This document shows, one piece after another, positions 50,161 to 63,800 of a stretch of 64,000 nt of DNA (position 1 is its first letter; each line of letters opens with the position of its first letter). The stretch comes from Azolla caroliniana (Eukaryota; Plantae; Polypodiophyta). Below the pieces are notes generated by a model. The model was not told the origin of the DNA and searched no databases. It was given only the letters and a program-made list of their open reading frames with translations. The DNA lies in the NCBI GenBank assembly GCA_043228905.1, contig JBHGNT010000021.1:8556001-8620000 (forward strand), in the 5' to 3' direction. A program made the position numbers and the translations under genes.

Positions 50161-50283
50161 GTCGAACTTTTTCTACTCTTGATGCGAGTTGTGCAGAAAT
50201 GGTTGCTACAGTGATCAACTGGTTCTTTACGAGCTTGAGCAAAACACACATAAAGGCGATGGGCTTGGATCAAGCTACCGCGT

Positions 50284-53200
50284 TGTCTCCGTATTCCGTG
50301 TGGATGCGTAGAAACGGGGCAGGACCACGACGGTCTTGAACCAAGGAATCGAGAAAGGAGGAAGAGGCTCGCGAGTCGTGTACACACAAACACCGTGAAT
50401 CAGACAAAGAGGGGTAGGAAGGAGGTGGTCGTAGGTTTCGGACTCAATGTAGTACGAGAGAATACAACACAAGAACGACACAAGGGGGGAAAAAACCAAC
50501 GTAAAGCAACGGAATAGATTGTCAATAGTAGGTAGGACGCGCGCGTGAAGCGTAGGGAATACAACCGGTCAGAGCCGGTAACAGAGCTTCAAGCTCTAGA
50601 GCAAACACATGGAAGAAAGGGGGCATCTGGCTGAGAGCGCGCGGGCGTTTGACGCAAGCTGAGGGTTCCTCCCAGGGTTTGGTCGTAGAGGGTCAGAAGA
50701 GAATGAGTGAACGAGCTACTTCTTCCTGTTCGGTAGCGTCCTCTACTTCTCAAAAAAAAAACAATCCCTCAAACAGTCTGAGGCCGCCCCTTTTATAGCA
50801 CAAGGAGTCGTTGTTACATCAGGTTTAATGACTCCTCAATATTCTCTCCTAGATTCTCTTCTTGATGTGCTCTCGTTATCTCACCTTTGTATTTGCACCC
50901 CTACCCACACGATATTAAATCCTCTAACAGTGCCTAACTTCCTAGTAATCCACAAAACCTATCGACACCTAGTACTTACATGAATTAGTACAAAGAAAAA
51001 GGGTGCACTTGTGCACACCCATGTTCCCATGCATTTGGCGACGTTTCCCACGATGGCCTAGAATCTTGACAACATCCACCCCCACCAAACCGCACATCCT
51101 CTGGTATGTGCCAGGTCGCGAGTTTAGTGTAGGATTCCAGGGCCAACCGTTACTCGTCCTCCCGGTCCGAGTCATCGCTTTCGATTCCCATCGTCGGGTT
51201 CGGTTCCGCTTCATTCCCCCTTTTGAAGGCCTTTATCCGCTTCCCTGCTACCAGTGTCATCATCTGGGTCCCGTCGAGCTCCGCGAGATGGTATGTCGCG
51301 CTATCATTTGCCCAAGTCACCACATACGGCCTGAACCACCGTTTTGCGAACTTACGCGTAGACCGATGTTGGTTGTCAAGACGGTTGTCATAGACCAGCA
51401 CCTAGTCGCCTTCCTCAATCTTCTTTGGCCAAAGTCGGTGCGTCCGGTCAAACTTGGCCTTGTTTCTACTCCGTACCTATTTTACCCTCGCTATCGCCCG
51501 TTCCACGTCTTCTGGCCTTCGCTCGAGTTGTCAGATACGTGCCACCAACAACTCTTCTCGGCTCATTTCATCGGCCCAATTGACCGCCATCCAGGAGGTA
51601 ATTGTTTGTTCCACTAGCATGATGGGTTTTTGCCCGAACATGAGCTCCGCAGCCATGATGGGTTTTTGCCTGAACTGTGAGTAGTCTGGTCCACCCATAG
51701 CGCTTAAGGGAGTAGTCTCGGCCAGTTGCTGACTCGTCCTTTGCATGCGCGTACTATGGCCTTTACGATCAGTCCATGGCCCCGCTTGACCTTCCCGTTC
51801 GCTTCTGGGTTGTACGCCATTGTGAGGGTCAACTTCACCCCTAGTCAGTCAAACAGTTCCTTGGCCTCCCCCGCATCCAGCTCTCCTCAATCAACCACAA
51901 TCTTTCCTACACACCCGTACCAATAGACGACATCTTCAATCAAAAACTTACACACAGCCGTGGTGGGCTTGTTTGTCAACACTCGGCCCTCCACCTAGTT
52001 TGTCAGGTCTTCCCTTGCTAGCACCAGGTATCACATCTGTCCTACTCCCATCAGCATCGCACTTGAAGTGTATGGCTCGCGAGTAAGTCGGGTGCAGCTC
52101 ATCGTGGTGTCGAACCACCGAGTGCATCCGACAGCTCTCGCATGTCCACACGAAGTGGTGTACGCCTTTATACATTCCCGGCCACCAGTACTTATCCTTT
52201 AGGTTCTCAAACGTGGCCCATGTACCCCGATGCCCAGACCAAGGGCTTTTTGGAACTCCGATATTAGCTTCACTTGATCCCCGGTTCCCATTACTACCTG
52301 GAGTGGCGCGTCGTTCCGCTTCTTCGAATGCCTCCATATTTTCCCATTTCGTAGGAAGCACCTGTACGCCCTCTTCCAGAGTTGACTCGCTTCCTCCCTT
52401 GTCCATGATGCGTCCACCGTCATCGTTCTTAGGAACCTTCCGATTAGAAGCCACTCCCCGTCGTAGTCGTCGTCGTCGAACTCATTTAGGGGCGGAGTGC
52501 TTCTCCTATTTACCTTCATCCATGTTGATTTGAAGAAGTATGTGCCGACCTCTTCGTCGTCTGAGACCATGCCATCCTTGTTCTCGAACCTCGCTTTGGA
52601 AAGCATATCGACCATGGCGTTGTCTTTTCCAGAAATGTGCCGTATTTCTGGGTTCAGGGACTTATTGTATGCAATCCATCTAAGCATGGCTAGGTCAGGA
52701 GTTGCGCATCTGGAAATCATATCGAGGATCGGTAGGCAGTCCATTTCTACAATCACTTCTGTCCTGATTAAGTAGTCCTTGTCGACCTTAACCGTCGAAA
52801 CGATACCCCATAGTTCACGCTTGACCTAGGCGTATCCTCGCTGCCGCTCGTTCAATACCTTCCTGCCGAACCAGATGGGGACACACGTGTCGTTCTCATC
52901 TTCCTAATTTACGACCCATCCTATTCTGGTCGGGCTGGTGTCTACCATGATGTAAACCGGAGTGTCCGGTTTGTATACAACTCTCCGTAAAGCCGGTGTA
53001 GTTGTAAGCATTTGTTTTAGTCTCCGGACTATCTCCATGTGCTCTTCGGCCCATTCGAAATTCCTGCCTTTCTTCAGCAAGCCGTAGAGTGGCTCGGCGA
53101 CATGCGTGTAGTGCGGTATCCAAATGTGGTAGAAGGCGCATGCTCCCAAGAAACGCCGAACCTCCATAATGGATCTGCACTCCTCTTTCATTACCGAGAT

Positions 53201-56200
53201 GGCCTCTACCTTTGCCGAGGATGGCCTTTGACCATACGGCCTGCACAGGTGGCCGACCACTAAGATCTCTCGTTGTCCGAAAACCAACTTCTCCCTGCAG
53301 AAGGTAAGTCAACCGCCATCAAGCCTCTATAGTATCTTTTCGCAATCGGAGATGTGGTCCATGAGAAACCTATAGTATCCGTTTGCTCCAGTCGACTCAT
53401 CCTTCGTGTCCTCCAAACACCCCTTCATAGGAATATCATCCAGGAATGGCATGGTGATGTCTAGGATGCAGTCCCTCAGTACTTTTGTTCATCACATTCA
53501 CCATGTGTGCCACCGAGTTGGTCCCTCCTTGCGGTAGGGTACACATCCAAACTAAGTTGAGAGGGGTTCGCATCGTCATGATGTCCCTGCTTTCGACGGC
53601 TAGCTAGAATTGATCGCACCCCAAGTATAGGTCTCCGATCGAGTATATGGACCTCCCTGCGAAGGCTTCCACAAACTTGTCGATTGGCGGTCCAATTCCA
53701 GTATTGAAAATGGTCACCTTATTGACCGGCTGCAAGTCCTGAATGAAGCGTAGCGTGCCATTCTTTTTTGGTATTGTAAACCACTGGTTGGAGTAAGGGA
53801 CAACCGATGGTTCGAGGATGCCCAGCTCCACTTTCTTCTTAAGAAGCTCCATCAACAGCTGCAAGTCCTGAATGAAGCGTAGCATGCCATTCTTTTTTGG
53901 TATTGTAAACCACCGGTTGGAGTAAGGGACAACCAATGGTTCGAGGATGCCCAACTCCACTTTCTGCTTAAGAAGTTCCATCAACATCGGAATGTGAGCT
54001 CTTGGCACCTGAATTGGCTTGAGACTCCATGGCACGTGCGGCACCGTAAAGATTACCATTGGTTCGACAACAGTTGGGTCGGCGCACCCGATCTCTCCCA
54101 GCAAGAATGTGAAGGCTTTACCGTGCCTCTCGAGCATCCTCCTGAACCGGTCCTCTTCTGCCGACAGTAGGAAGCCACCCCCACCTATCTTCAGCACTCG
54201 TAGCGTCTTGTCGGGGAACCGGTGTCCTATGCTGGCCAGATCTCGAAAGCTTGGGTTGGTAGTGACCCTCTTTATTCGTTCCCAACGGCCCTCTGGCAAG
54301 GGAGCCGCAACTAGCTTCACCTTCCAGTCCACAGTCTTGTACTTGGTGTCCGCGTGAGTGGTCCGATGCACCCCGATTTCCCCTTTGAAGTCCGCAATGA
54401 CTTCGTACATCTCGACTAAGTTAACCGGTATGACCCGGTCCTCACTTACAAAACCTTCGACTACCCTCTCGATTTCTCCAAGGGTGTCATCAACTGAGAC
54501 CGCCTCCACGGCATTGTCAATCCCCTCGTTGTGGCCCAAGGCTCCGCACACCTTTAAGCGCGCCTCGGCATGTTTCCTTTCTCGACCGCTAATGCCGGTT
54601 ATGGTACAACCTCCGTTATTGGAGAACAAAATATTCCTTCCTATTGTACAAGTGTGGGGTTTGTTCCGGTCGTCCGGACTACTGCGGCCCCACGCCTTGA
54701 TAGTCCTTTCTAAATAGCCTCTCTGCCATTATTGCCGAGGGTCTCCTTATTACGCTCATGATTCTGCCACACTGTCAAAAACTGGACAGAGTGACGGTCG
54801 TCCTGACTCTTTACCCTTGCGTAGGCCAAACCATTGTCTAGCACTTTGGTCTCCATTCGAGTTGCCATGATGTATGGCTCGCCAAGGATGACCAAATGGG
54901 AAGATGTCTCTTGCACGAAAAAGTGTTGGTCTATCTCGACGTCCCCGACACTTACTCTGACATTCGGACATGCCCTGTGCAACTCTCTGTGGCCCTCGTA
55001 GCCGCGCATATCTTCCACCTATGCTTGGTGTGGATGGGCCATTTCCCCTTCTTATAGAAGTCCATGGACATTAGGTTAATTTCCGACCCTTGGTCGATCA
55101 ACGCCACCACTGGTTCCTTCACATCCCTGATACGAACCGGGGTTTTTGTCGTTGCTCTTGCCCAGTGCGGCCTTGTACAGTGGCTTTCTGCAAGCTTGTC
55201 CTCCGTGGCCACTTCGTCGAGCAGTGCCACCCTTACTTCAACCAACTTCTCTGGTTCTGGCTCCGTCGCGAGACGCTTCCTTTTTACGAGATCCACGATG
55301 CTGTCATGGAACTCTCTCCTTGTTGTGCCTAGCACTTCTCTCAGTGTGAGTTCTACGCGACTATCGAGGACTCGCTCCTCCAGGACCTTTCGTAGGTCCG
55401 TTGTTTTCACGATTTCTGAGATTAACCAGAAGCTCGGAACCTTGGCCTTCTCGTTCTCCTGAATGGGTCCGCTCCGGGTGTCATACCTCCCCAAAGGGCC
55501 CGCTCCTCCGGTCTTTCCGGCCCGCTTATCATCGACCAAAACCTCATAGTTCTGGCACGCGGCTTCCACAAAGCCGGTACTTTCTCAACCGGGTCGCTCC
55601 ATCCAGTGACATTGCGTACTCATTTTTCCAACAGTTAGCTTCTTCCTTCTTCAACCTCCTTTTAGAGAAGGTTTCCGGTACCACCGGCCAAAACTCGGGG
55701 TTTGTATCGGTGTTAGTCACCTTTCCACCTACGTGAATGCCGGCCGAGGCCGAGTAGTAGATGGCTTGGATGTGCCGTGTCGTGGCCTCCTCCATCAACC
55801 TCTTCATGCCACCTCATCCGGGGTTTACTTCGAGCATCCTCCATGTGTCGCTCGCGTGCACCCTGCCATTCGAAAGGTACACCACGTTGCTCCTGAGTGC
55901 TTCGCCGAAGTCGGCACAATCTCTCCGAGCATGGCCGAGAGCATCACACCATATGCACCTTTGGTTGGACGCCGATCGCCGGTCGCGGGGCTGGCCTTCG
56001 TTGCCCCTTTGGGCCTAAGGGATCTGGAGATCGCACACCATTTTTGTTAGCTCTTATAGAGTCGCGCCCCCGGATGGTCCCATGACTACGTTTCCCGGGG
56101 CTGGGCCTGACTTCAGCCACCTTCTCGTTTGTTCCATTCGGGTTGGCGTCGGCTCGGCCCTCATTTCGACGATCGGTCCGACTATCGAGGACCCCTTTTC

Positions 56201-57646
56201 TTTCCAGTCTCTGCGCTTGTCAATCCGGCCACACACCCCTTTGACCACGGCCCTGTCGACCGTGAGTCCGTCGTTCGTCTCTAAAAGGAGACCCACATTA
56301 TTGCGGTCGAGCAAGTCAAACGACTTATCAAAGAGCAAGACCTTGCTCGTGTCAAGCACAGTCCGGTCCAATGTGGAGAACCGCACGAACCGTGACTCAA
56401 ACTCATGAAGGAGCGTCGATGCGTTCCGACCTTTGCCAGGGCTATCAACCCAATTCATGAAAGCCTTCTTCGATAGCCGGAGCGAGTCATCGAAGTTGTA
56501 CCGTTCGAGAATCCGCCCCGCGAAGTCCACCCAATCACGGTAGCCCGCTTGTACTTCGAGCACTTCCGCATGGATGCTTGGCGTCACGACCCGAGGAAAC
56601 CCAGGCAGTCTTCTATCCTCCGGAATGTTCCTCATCTGCATCTCGGACTTGTAGGCCTCAAGGTAACTTGTGGCATCTTTCCCACCGAACCGGCCTATCT
56701 TGTCGACCGTCACCTCTATGGCCCTGTCAAGGGCACTCGTGCCCTCACAAGCGCTAAATAGGCGGTCTACAGCCACCGCCATCGCTTCGGTGAGTTCGCT
56801 CCCTCTCATCTTCAGATTCCTTTGCCGCCCCTGTTTCACATCGGGTTCACCAAATATGTCGCGGTATTCCGCGCGGATGCGTAGAAACGAGGCAGGATCA
56901 TGGGAGTCTTGAACCAAGGAATCGAGAAAGGAGGAAGAGACTCGCGAGTTGTGTACACACAAACACTGTGAATCAGACAAAGAGGGGTAGGAAGGAGGTG
57001 GTCGTAGGTTTCGTACTCAATGCAGTACGAGAGAATAGCAACGCAAGAACAACACAAGGGGAAAAAAAACAACGTAAAGTAAAGGAATAGATTGTCAATA
57101 GTAGTTAGGACGCGCGCGTGAAGTGCAGGGAATACAGCCGGTTAGAGCCGGGAACCGAACTTCGAGCTCTAGAGCAAACACACGGAAGAAAGGGGACATC
57201 TGGCAGGGAGCGCACGGGCATTTGACGCATGCCGAGGGTTCCTCCCAGGGTTTGGTCGTAGAGGGTCGGAAGAGAACGAGTGAACGAGCTACTTCTTCCT
57301 ATTCGGTAACGTCCTCTGCTTCTCAAAAAAAAAGAACCCTCAAATAGTCTAAGGCCACCCCTTTTATAGCACAAGGAGTAGTAGTTACATCAGGTTTAAT
57401 GACTCCTCAATATTCTCTCCTAGATTCTCTTCTTGATGTGCTCTCGTTATCTCACCTTTGTTTCCGTGCCCCTACCCATGCAATATTAAATCCTCTAATA
57501 GTGCCTAACTTCCTAGTAATCCACAAAACCTACCGACACCTAGTACTTACATGAATTAGTACAAAAAAAAAGGGGTGCACTTGTGCACACCCACGTTCCC
57601 ATGCATTTGGCGATGTTTCCCCCAATGGCCTAGAATCTTCACAACA
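50284..57646 (-). mobile_element. Full-length degenerate Trp-primed gypsy (Phygy-like), copy B
   Basis: ~790-bp LTRs at 56857-57646 and 50284-51074; Trp PBS; PPT GGTGGGGGTGGA; gag-PR-RT-RH-IN fragments; flanks GCGT/GTGC. Inserted 4 bp from the copia PBS. Confidence 0.92.
53729..53986 (-). repeat. 129-bp in-frame tandem duplication in RT
   Basis: The 43-aa unit MELLK.KVELGILEP..VPYSN.WFTIPKKNG.LRFIQDLQ occurs twice in ORF 53604..54629. Confidence 0.92.
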
Positions 57647-57662
57647 GTGCGCTCTAATACCA

Positions 57663-57697
57663 TGTAAAGAATCGAGAGTGATTCTGTGCAACGGAAG

Positions 57698-57752
<55 letters not shown>

Positions 57753-57986
57753 CGTGAGACAAGAGAGAATGAGAGAGAGAGAGAGAGGGAGGGAGGGAGG
57801 GAGAGAGAGATCTAGACAAGAAACTGTATATTACATCCAACAGTAACTAAGTTACAAAAGGTTGGTTTCAATACCAACTGATCTAGGGCAAGTGCCCTTT
57901 CTACTAATTACAAATCTAGCCTACTATGATGTCCACTAGCTAGTGTGAACACTGTCTCTATGGGAAGTTGAGTTCGATTCTCAACA
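57663..57986 (-). repeat. 5' LTR of the host copia, containing (GT)n and (GA)n microsatellites
   Basis: TG...CA termini with an adjacent iMet PBS. Confidence 0.88.
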
Positions 57987-60858
57987 GGGTCCCCCACACT
58001 CCTACTTGAGTTTAATAGGAATGCACATTTAAGCAACAACATGATATCATAACAACCACTCACGTCATTTTTTCCAAATAAAGGGCATAGAACAATTTGG
58101 CCATGGCACAGACAAAGACATGTACTAAGTGTGAGGTATCCTCAAATGACACAAGAATTTCTCTTTGATTGGATTCTTAATAAAGGTTTCTAGAAATTAT
58201 GAGATTAAGACAAAAGGTTGTGGTTCTAATGATTTTTTCTTTCTTGCATTATGTGGGTGAACATGGAAGTCTACACCTTGAATCTACATATGCCTTCTTT
58301 TTTACTTTCTCTAGAGCATTCCTAGTTGGTCTTTTCTCTCTTCTCTCTTCCTCTTTTATGTATGTCTCACATTAACCTTTGTATTATCCTTCTCATTCCT
58401 TTTCACATTCTCGTTTGTCATATCATCAGCCATATTTGATGAGGAGGTGCACGATACTTAACTTCTTCTTCAGCCTTTAGCTCCAATTTCATTCTTGCCT
58501 TCTTTTTAGCATTGATCTTCTCAGACAACTTCTTTTAATGCTTTTTCCTATATTGATCATCGAAGCACTCTTTCCTAGTGGGTTCATTTCTTTTGTCGGG
58601 ACCAATTTGTGTGCACTTGCCGATCATTGAACTCCTCCATTAGTAGTTATCACTTCTAGGGAGGCAATGCAAGGTTGATTGTTATCTACATACCTAGAGA
58701 CACAAATTGATTTGTGGTATTGAATGAGATCCCCATTTTCGTTTTATTGTATTGATGGCATATTCTTCTCACTCCATTCCAACCCTGAAGCGGCCCATTT
58801 GAACCATCATTGTCTTCGTTGAAGGCAATGTTATTTTGATTTAATGGGCTCCCCTACGTGTAGTCTTATTTGATTCTGGAAATATTTGTAAATATTGTGT
58901 AAGAATATATGTGTTTAGACGAAAGTGAGTGAAAGAGTTATATTTGTGTGTGCTAGTGCATATATTTGAGTGTGAATGTACATGCACATGTGTTTAATGT
59001 GTATATGTTTTTGTATTGAATTATGTAATTTGTAATTGTTCATGTATATGTGTTTGGGTATTTAACTATTGGTAACTCATCGGTATTTTGTGAACTTAAA
59101 GTCCCCCTTTGTTCTTATAGCTAAGTGTGTAATGGAGGAGGAACAATGTGAAAAGTAAAAACAAAGCTTAACTATTACAATGTTACCTTGGGCCCTGTGT
59201 CAAGCTACAGAGATGAGGCTTGCGATAGATCAGTCATTTGATGGCAAGTTCACACAATGAAGTTTTATCCGCTCACTTGGATAAAAAAAGGTCCACCATA
59301 CATAGACATTTAACTTTGTAAAGCGCTAGTCTAGAATAAAATATAACACATGATAAGTTCTCTTAAAGGATTTCAAAATCAAAATTTAAGATGAATAAGA
59401 TTAAAATCAAAAGCGAATGTTTTAGAATGTGGTTCACATACATGATTTACTAGAATTGTATGCAACTAGCATATTCTTAAACCATAATGCAAAGAGCCTC
59501 GGATATTTATTGAACTCTTCATCAACATAAATTATTCCAAACCGTTGGGTTGATATACCATAAACTGCCTCAAAGCCATCAACAAGAGACCATGTGTATA
59601 ATCCCCAAACATTTGACCCATTTCTATATTATGAAGAGGGAAAAAACCTATGCGCTTGATAACCGTTACCATGTTAAAAAAATGAGAGAACATATGATAG
59701 AGGAATTACCTTATTGCGATGATCAAGGACTTCATGTATGACGAATAAAATCTAATACGATCCACATCATTAATACTTGCATTATACCTAGTACCTCAGA
59801 ACATAAAACAATCCATGTCATGAATACTTGTCTTAAACCAAGCACCCAAAAACATAAAACAAGGTGTTGCAACATTTTTTCAATTATAATTCCTCGTACT
59901 TAAATTTTATTTTAATGGTTATGTATTTAGAAAGCATTTCATATGTTCACCGCACTTGTGACATTATCGCCTTATGTTTAGACATGCTATGTCTCTTAAG
60001 TAAATTTGTCTACCCAAAAACAACTACACATCAGTTTATATGGTACACATTTTCAAAAAGTATGGGATTGGTTGTGATTTTTATCATGAGAAATACCAAG
60101 TTGTCAAATTCAACTTGACATTTGTATGTATCGTGACCTACATGCGACAAGGCACTTGAGCTCAACATGAAATGAATAAAACCTATGGCACACAATATAC
60201 TTCGAATACAATAAAGAAATCGAAAGGCCAAAAACTACCATGCATAAGATTACATGTGAAGAGTTTAAATACATTCCAAGGGAGGGCCCAAATAAGAGCA
60301 ATGATGACAAGATAAATAGAGAGATAGATGAATCGTAAGTGTTCATACACTAAGAGTTAATTTTAGTCAAAGGTAGAACACATACTCTATCAAAAGCATG
60401 ATAGTTAGATTGTTGAATATATATGTTCACACCAACGCATAGTATGAACCATACGTAACATACATGCATTCGCATTCCAATATGTTTCGATCATTCGAGT
60501 ATATGGTAACACCCTCAAAGTATGGTAAATACCATACTTTTGTATTCATTATTTACAATAAGGTAAACTTTCTATTAAGGTAAAAAGTGAAAAAAAAAAG
60601 TTTTAATTGGTCAAAAAAAAGTTTTCATAACATACACATTCATTTGCAAATGTATGATTTTTGAATGTTTGAGCAAAAGAATGTGAAGGTTACGTTCTAT
60701 GCACCAAGGTATGCATTTGTTGACGAATATATTCATTGTGGCCCATGTCCTAACACCACACCTCATAACAATGATAAATATGTGACCTAAGTTATAGAGA
60801 AGCAATGGTGTGTCTAGTAGACAACATTACGTGCTCTAGCATGTGTAGGGGATTGCGG

Positions 60859-63800
60859 TGTCGTGAAAATCCGTCACTACGCGCGAATCGTGAGGCGAAA
60901 CCGCCGGGGTTCTGGACCAGAAGGATTTAGAGTCGATACAAGCTTTGGCGAGAAAGTACTTAAGATAGATTGGGAAAGAGAGAAGTTGAGATTACACGAT
61001 CAATTTGATAACGAATTTCTTCCTCTTAATTTTCATAAAAAAAACCGTGTTTTTTCTCCTCCCCCTTCCCTCTTTTATAGATGCTCTCATGCATATGATG
61101 CATGTGAGGGTACAAGACATGCATAAATTACATGTTTGCCATTTGGCGCTTATGTATTACATGTGGTGCATGATAACCATGTCACTCATTTTAGTTCTCA
61201 TGTATGAGAATTTACATGTAAAAGTACAATGATAGAAATATAATTTCAACTAAATAGCATGGCTTAATGGTAAGCCATTTGACTCCTAACTTGGAGGTGC
61301 ATGGTTCTAATCCTTACTTGCCCTCTTTGTATATGTAAATATGTATATATATTTATATATTTATTTATCTAGTCGCCAGACGCCGATTCGCTGGATGCCG
61401 TCGCCGGATACTGGTGCCAGATGTCGTCGGATCATCGGCTCCATCGCCGGTCCGGTTTTGGTTGGCCAAAACCCTTTACGAGTAGCTAGCCCACCTCCAC
61501 TCTTAGTTCAAGTTACCTTGAACTCTCTATGCTCCACACATAAACACAAAGATAATATCTTTTACTCCACTTTATATATGATGAGAGTTGTATTTGTCGT
61601 GCCTATGTGGGATATCTCACAATTTTCTCCTTTCCTTTTACAAACTTTATACCCTCATATCTTGACATTTAGTTGTCCGTTTCTCGTGTAATAAAGTGCA
61701 TTCGAAACCTCCATCATTTTGTACTTAGATATTAAATCTATTTAAAATGTTATCTTCACAATTATTGTACTATGTGATTCATACTCGATTTCGTACGTTT
61801 TATAGGATTTTCACACTATTGCCGAAAATCTTCACGACATCCACCCCCACCAAACTGCACGTCCTCCGGTACGTGCCAAGAAGAGAAGAAGTGAGATTTT
61901 AGCTACGATGATCAATTAGATTCCTCCATGTCTTCATTTTCATCCGCCCTATTATGTTCATCGTCGAGGTAATCGAGGTCAGGATCCTTGTCTTGTCTTT
62001 TCTTGAAAATCTTTACTCTTTTTCCCGCAATGGGTACGGCCAACCTTGATCCGTCTAGTTCCGCAAGGTGGTATGTGGCATTATCGTTGGCACTTGTGAC
62101 CACATACGGCCCGAACCATCTTCTTGCAAACTTCCTTGCTATACTGTGTTGATTGTCAAGGGTGTTGTCGTAAACCAAAACCCAATCCCCTTCTTCAATC
62201 TTCTTGGGACGAAGTCGATGCGTGTTGTCGAACCGAACTTTGTTCTTTACTCGGGTTGCCTTCATCATCTTTCGCGCTTTTTCTAAATCTTCAAGTCTTC
62301 TTTCAAGTTGCCTTATCCGCGCCGCTAATAACTCTTCTCGGCTCGTCTCGTTCTCCCACGGTATCGCTACCCATGAGGCGATCGTCCTTTCGATGGGCAT
62401 AATCGGCTTTTGTCCATACATAAGCTCCGTCGGCATATACCCTGTCACCGAGCTATGTGTTGTTCTATCGGCCCACAAGGCATAGGGTAATAGTCGTAGC
62501 CAATTCCCGACTCGACCGTTGCATGCCCGTATGATGGCTTTAACGATAGGTCCATGCCCTCGCTCGATCTTCCCATTTGCTTCCGGATTGTAGGCAGTCA
62601 TGAGGGAGAGCTTCACGCCTAGTCTTTCGAAGAGCTCCGTCGCTTCGTGCGCGTCCAACTCCCCTCGGTCGGCCACTATCTTCCCTACACATCCATATCG
62701 GCAAACAACATCTTCAAGTAAAAATTTACAAACGGCTGAAGTCGTCTTATTTGTCAAGGCTCGTCCTTCCACTTGATTTGTCAAGTCTTCCCTTGCGAGC
62801 GCTAAGTACTTCATTTGTCCCACTCCCATTGGCATCGAGACCAGATCCACCATCCATTTGAAGTGAATGGTGAGTGGGTATGTCGGCTTTAACTCATCAC
62901 GATGACGTATATTTGAATATATTTGGCAAGTTTCACATGTGGACACGAAATGGAGTACATCTTTGTACATGCTTGGCCACCAATACTTCTCCTTCAATTT
63001 TTCGAACGTCGCCCATGTTCCTCTATGACCTGCCTAAGCACTCTCGTGGAATTCGGTCATCAGCGTCTCTTGCTCTTCTTTCTTTACCACCACTCGACGT
63101 GGTATTCCTGTCCTTCTTTTTGGATGTCGCCAAAGGAATCCTCCCTTCAAGAAGTATCGGTAAGCTTTCTTTCGGATTCGTAGGGCCTCCTCCTTTGTTA
63201 ACGAAGCATCTGTCGTCAATGTTCTTAGGAATCTACCGATGAGTAACCATTCTCCTTCGTACTCGTTCTCGTTGAAGGCGTGGAGAGTTTGCGTGTCCTG
63301 GTCTTCCGCCGACAATCGAGCCATCTTGAAGAAGTTGAGGGCGACATCTTCATCTTCCGAAACCATGTTACTTCCATTTGAAAATCTTGCCCTCGACAAC
63401 ATGTCAGCCATGGCGTTCTTCTTCCCTGCGATGTGACGGATCTCTGGGTTTAAAGACTTGATGTAGGCAATCCACCTTAGCATAGCAAGATCTGGGGTCG
63501 CACATCCCGAGACCATTCCGAGAATTGGGAGACAATCTGTCTCTATTATCACTTCTGACCCGATCAGGTAATCTTTGTCCGTCTTCACTACCGACACAAT
63601 ACCCCAAAGTTCCCGTTTGACTTGGGCATATCTTTGTTGCCGTTCGCTGAGAACCTTTGCTCCGAACCGGACGGCATATCGCGCATTATCTTCACCTTCT
63701 TGATTGATGACCCACCCGATTCCGGTTGGGCTCGTATCTACAGTCACGTAAATTGGTTTCCCTTCGGCATAGTCGGCCTTCCTTAGTGCCGGAGCTTCAA

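Larger units (their letters stand above)
23012..57986 (-). mobile_element. Ty1/copia element hosting a ~35-kb nest of insertions
   Basis: 5' LTR 57663-57986 with iMet PBS (GCTCTAATACCA, 57651-57662). The 3' LTR remnant 23012-23092 is near-identical to ~57906-57986. Coding pieces rejoin across the insertions (IRDS|KTPKEAW; ADYL|SWEQ; GVPIT|NPIHLFYDN). Confidence 0.88.

Noticed and set aside
61256-61320. Functional tRNA-Arg(CCT) gene
   Set aside because: Acceptor and anticodon stems do not pair, and it lies within an LTR.
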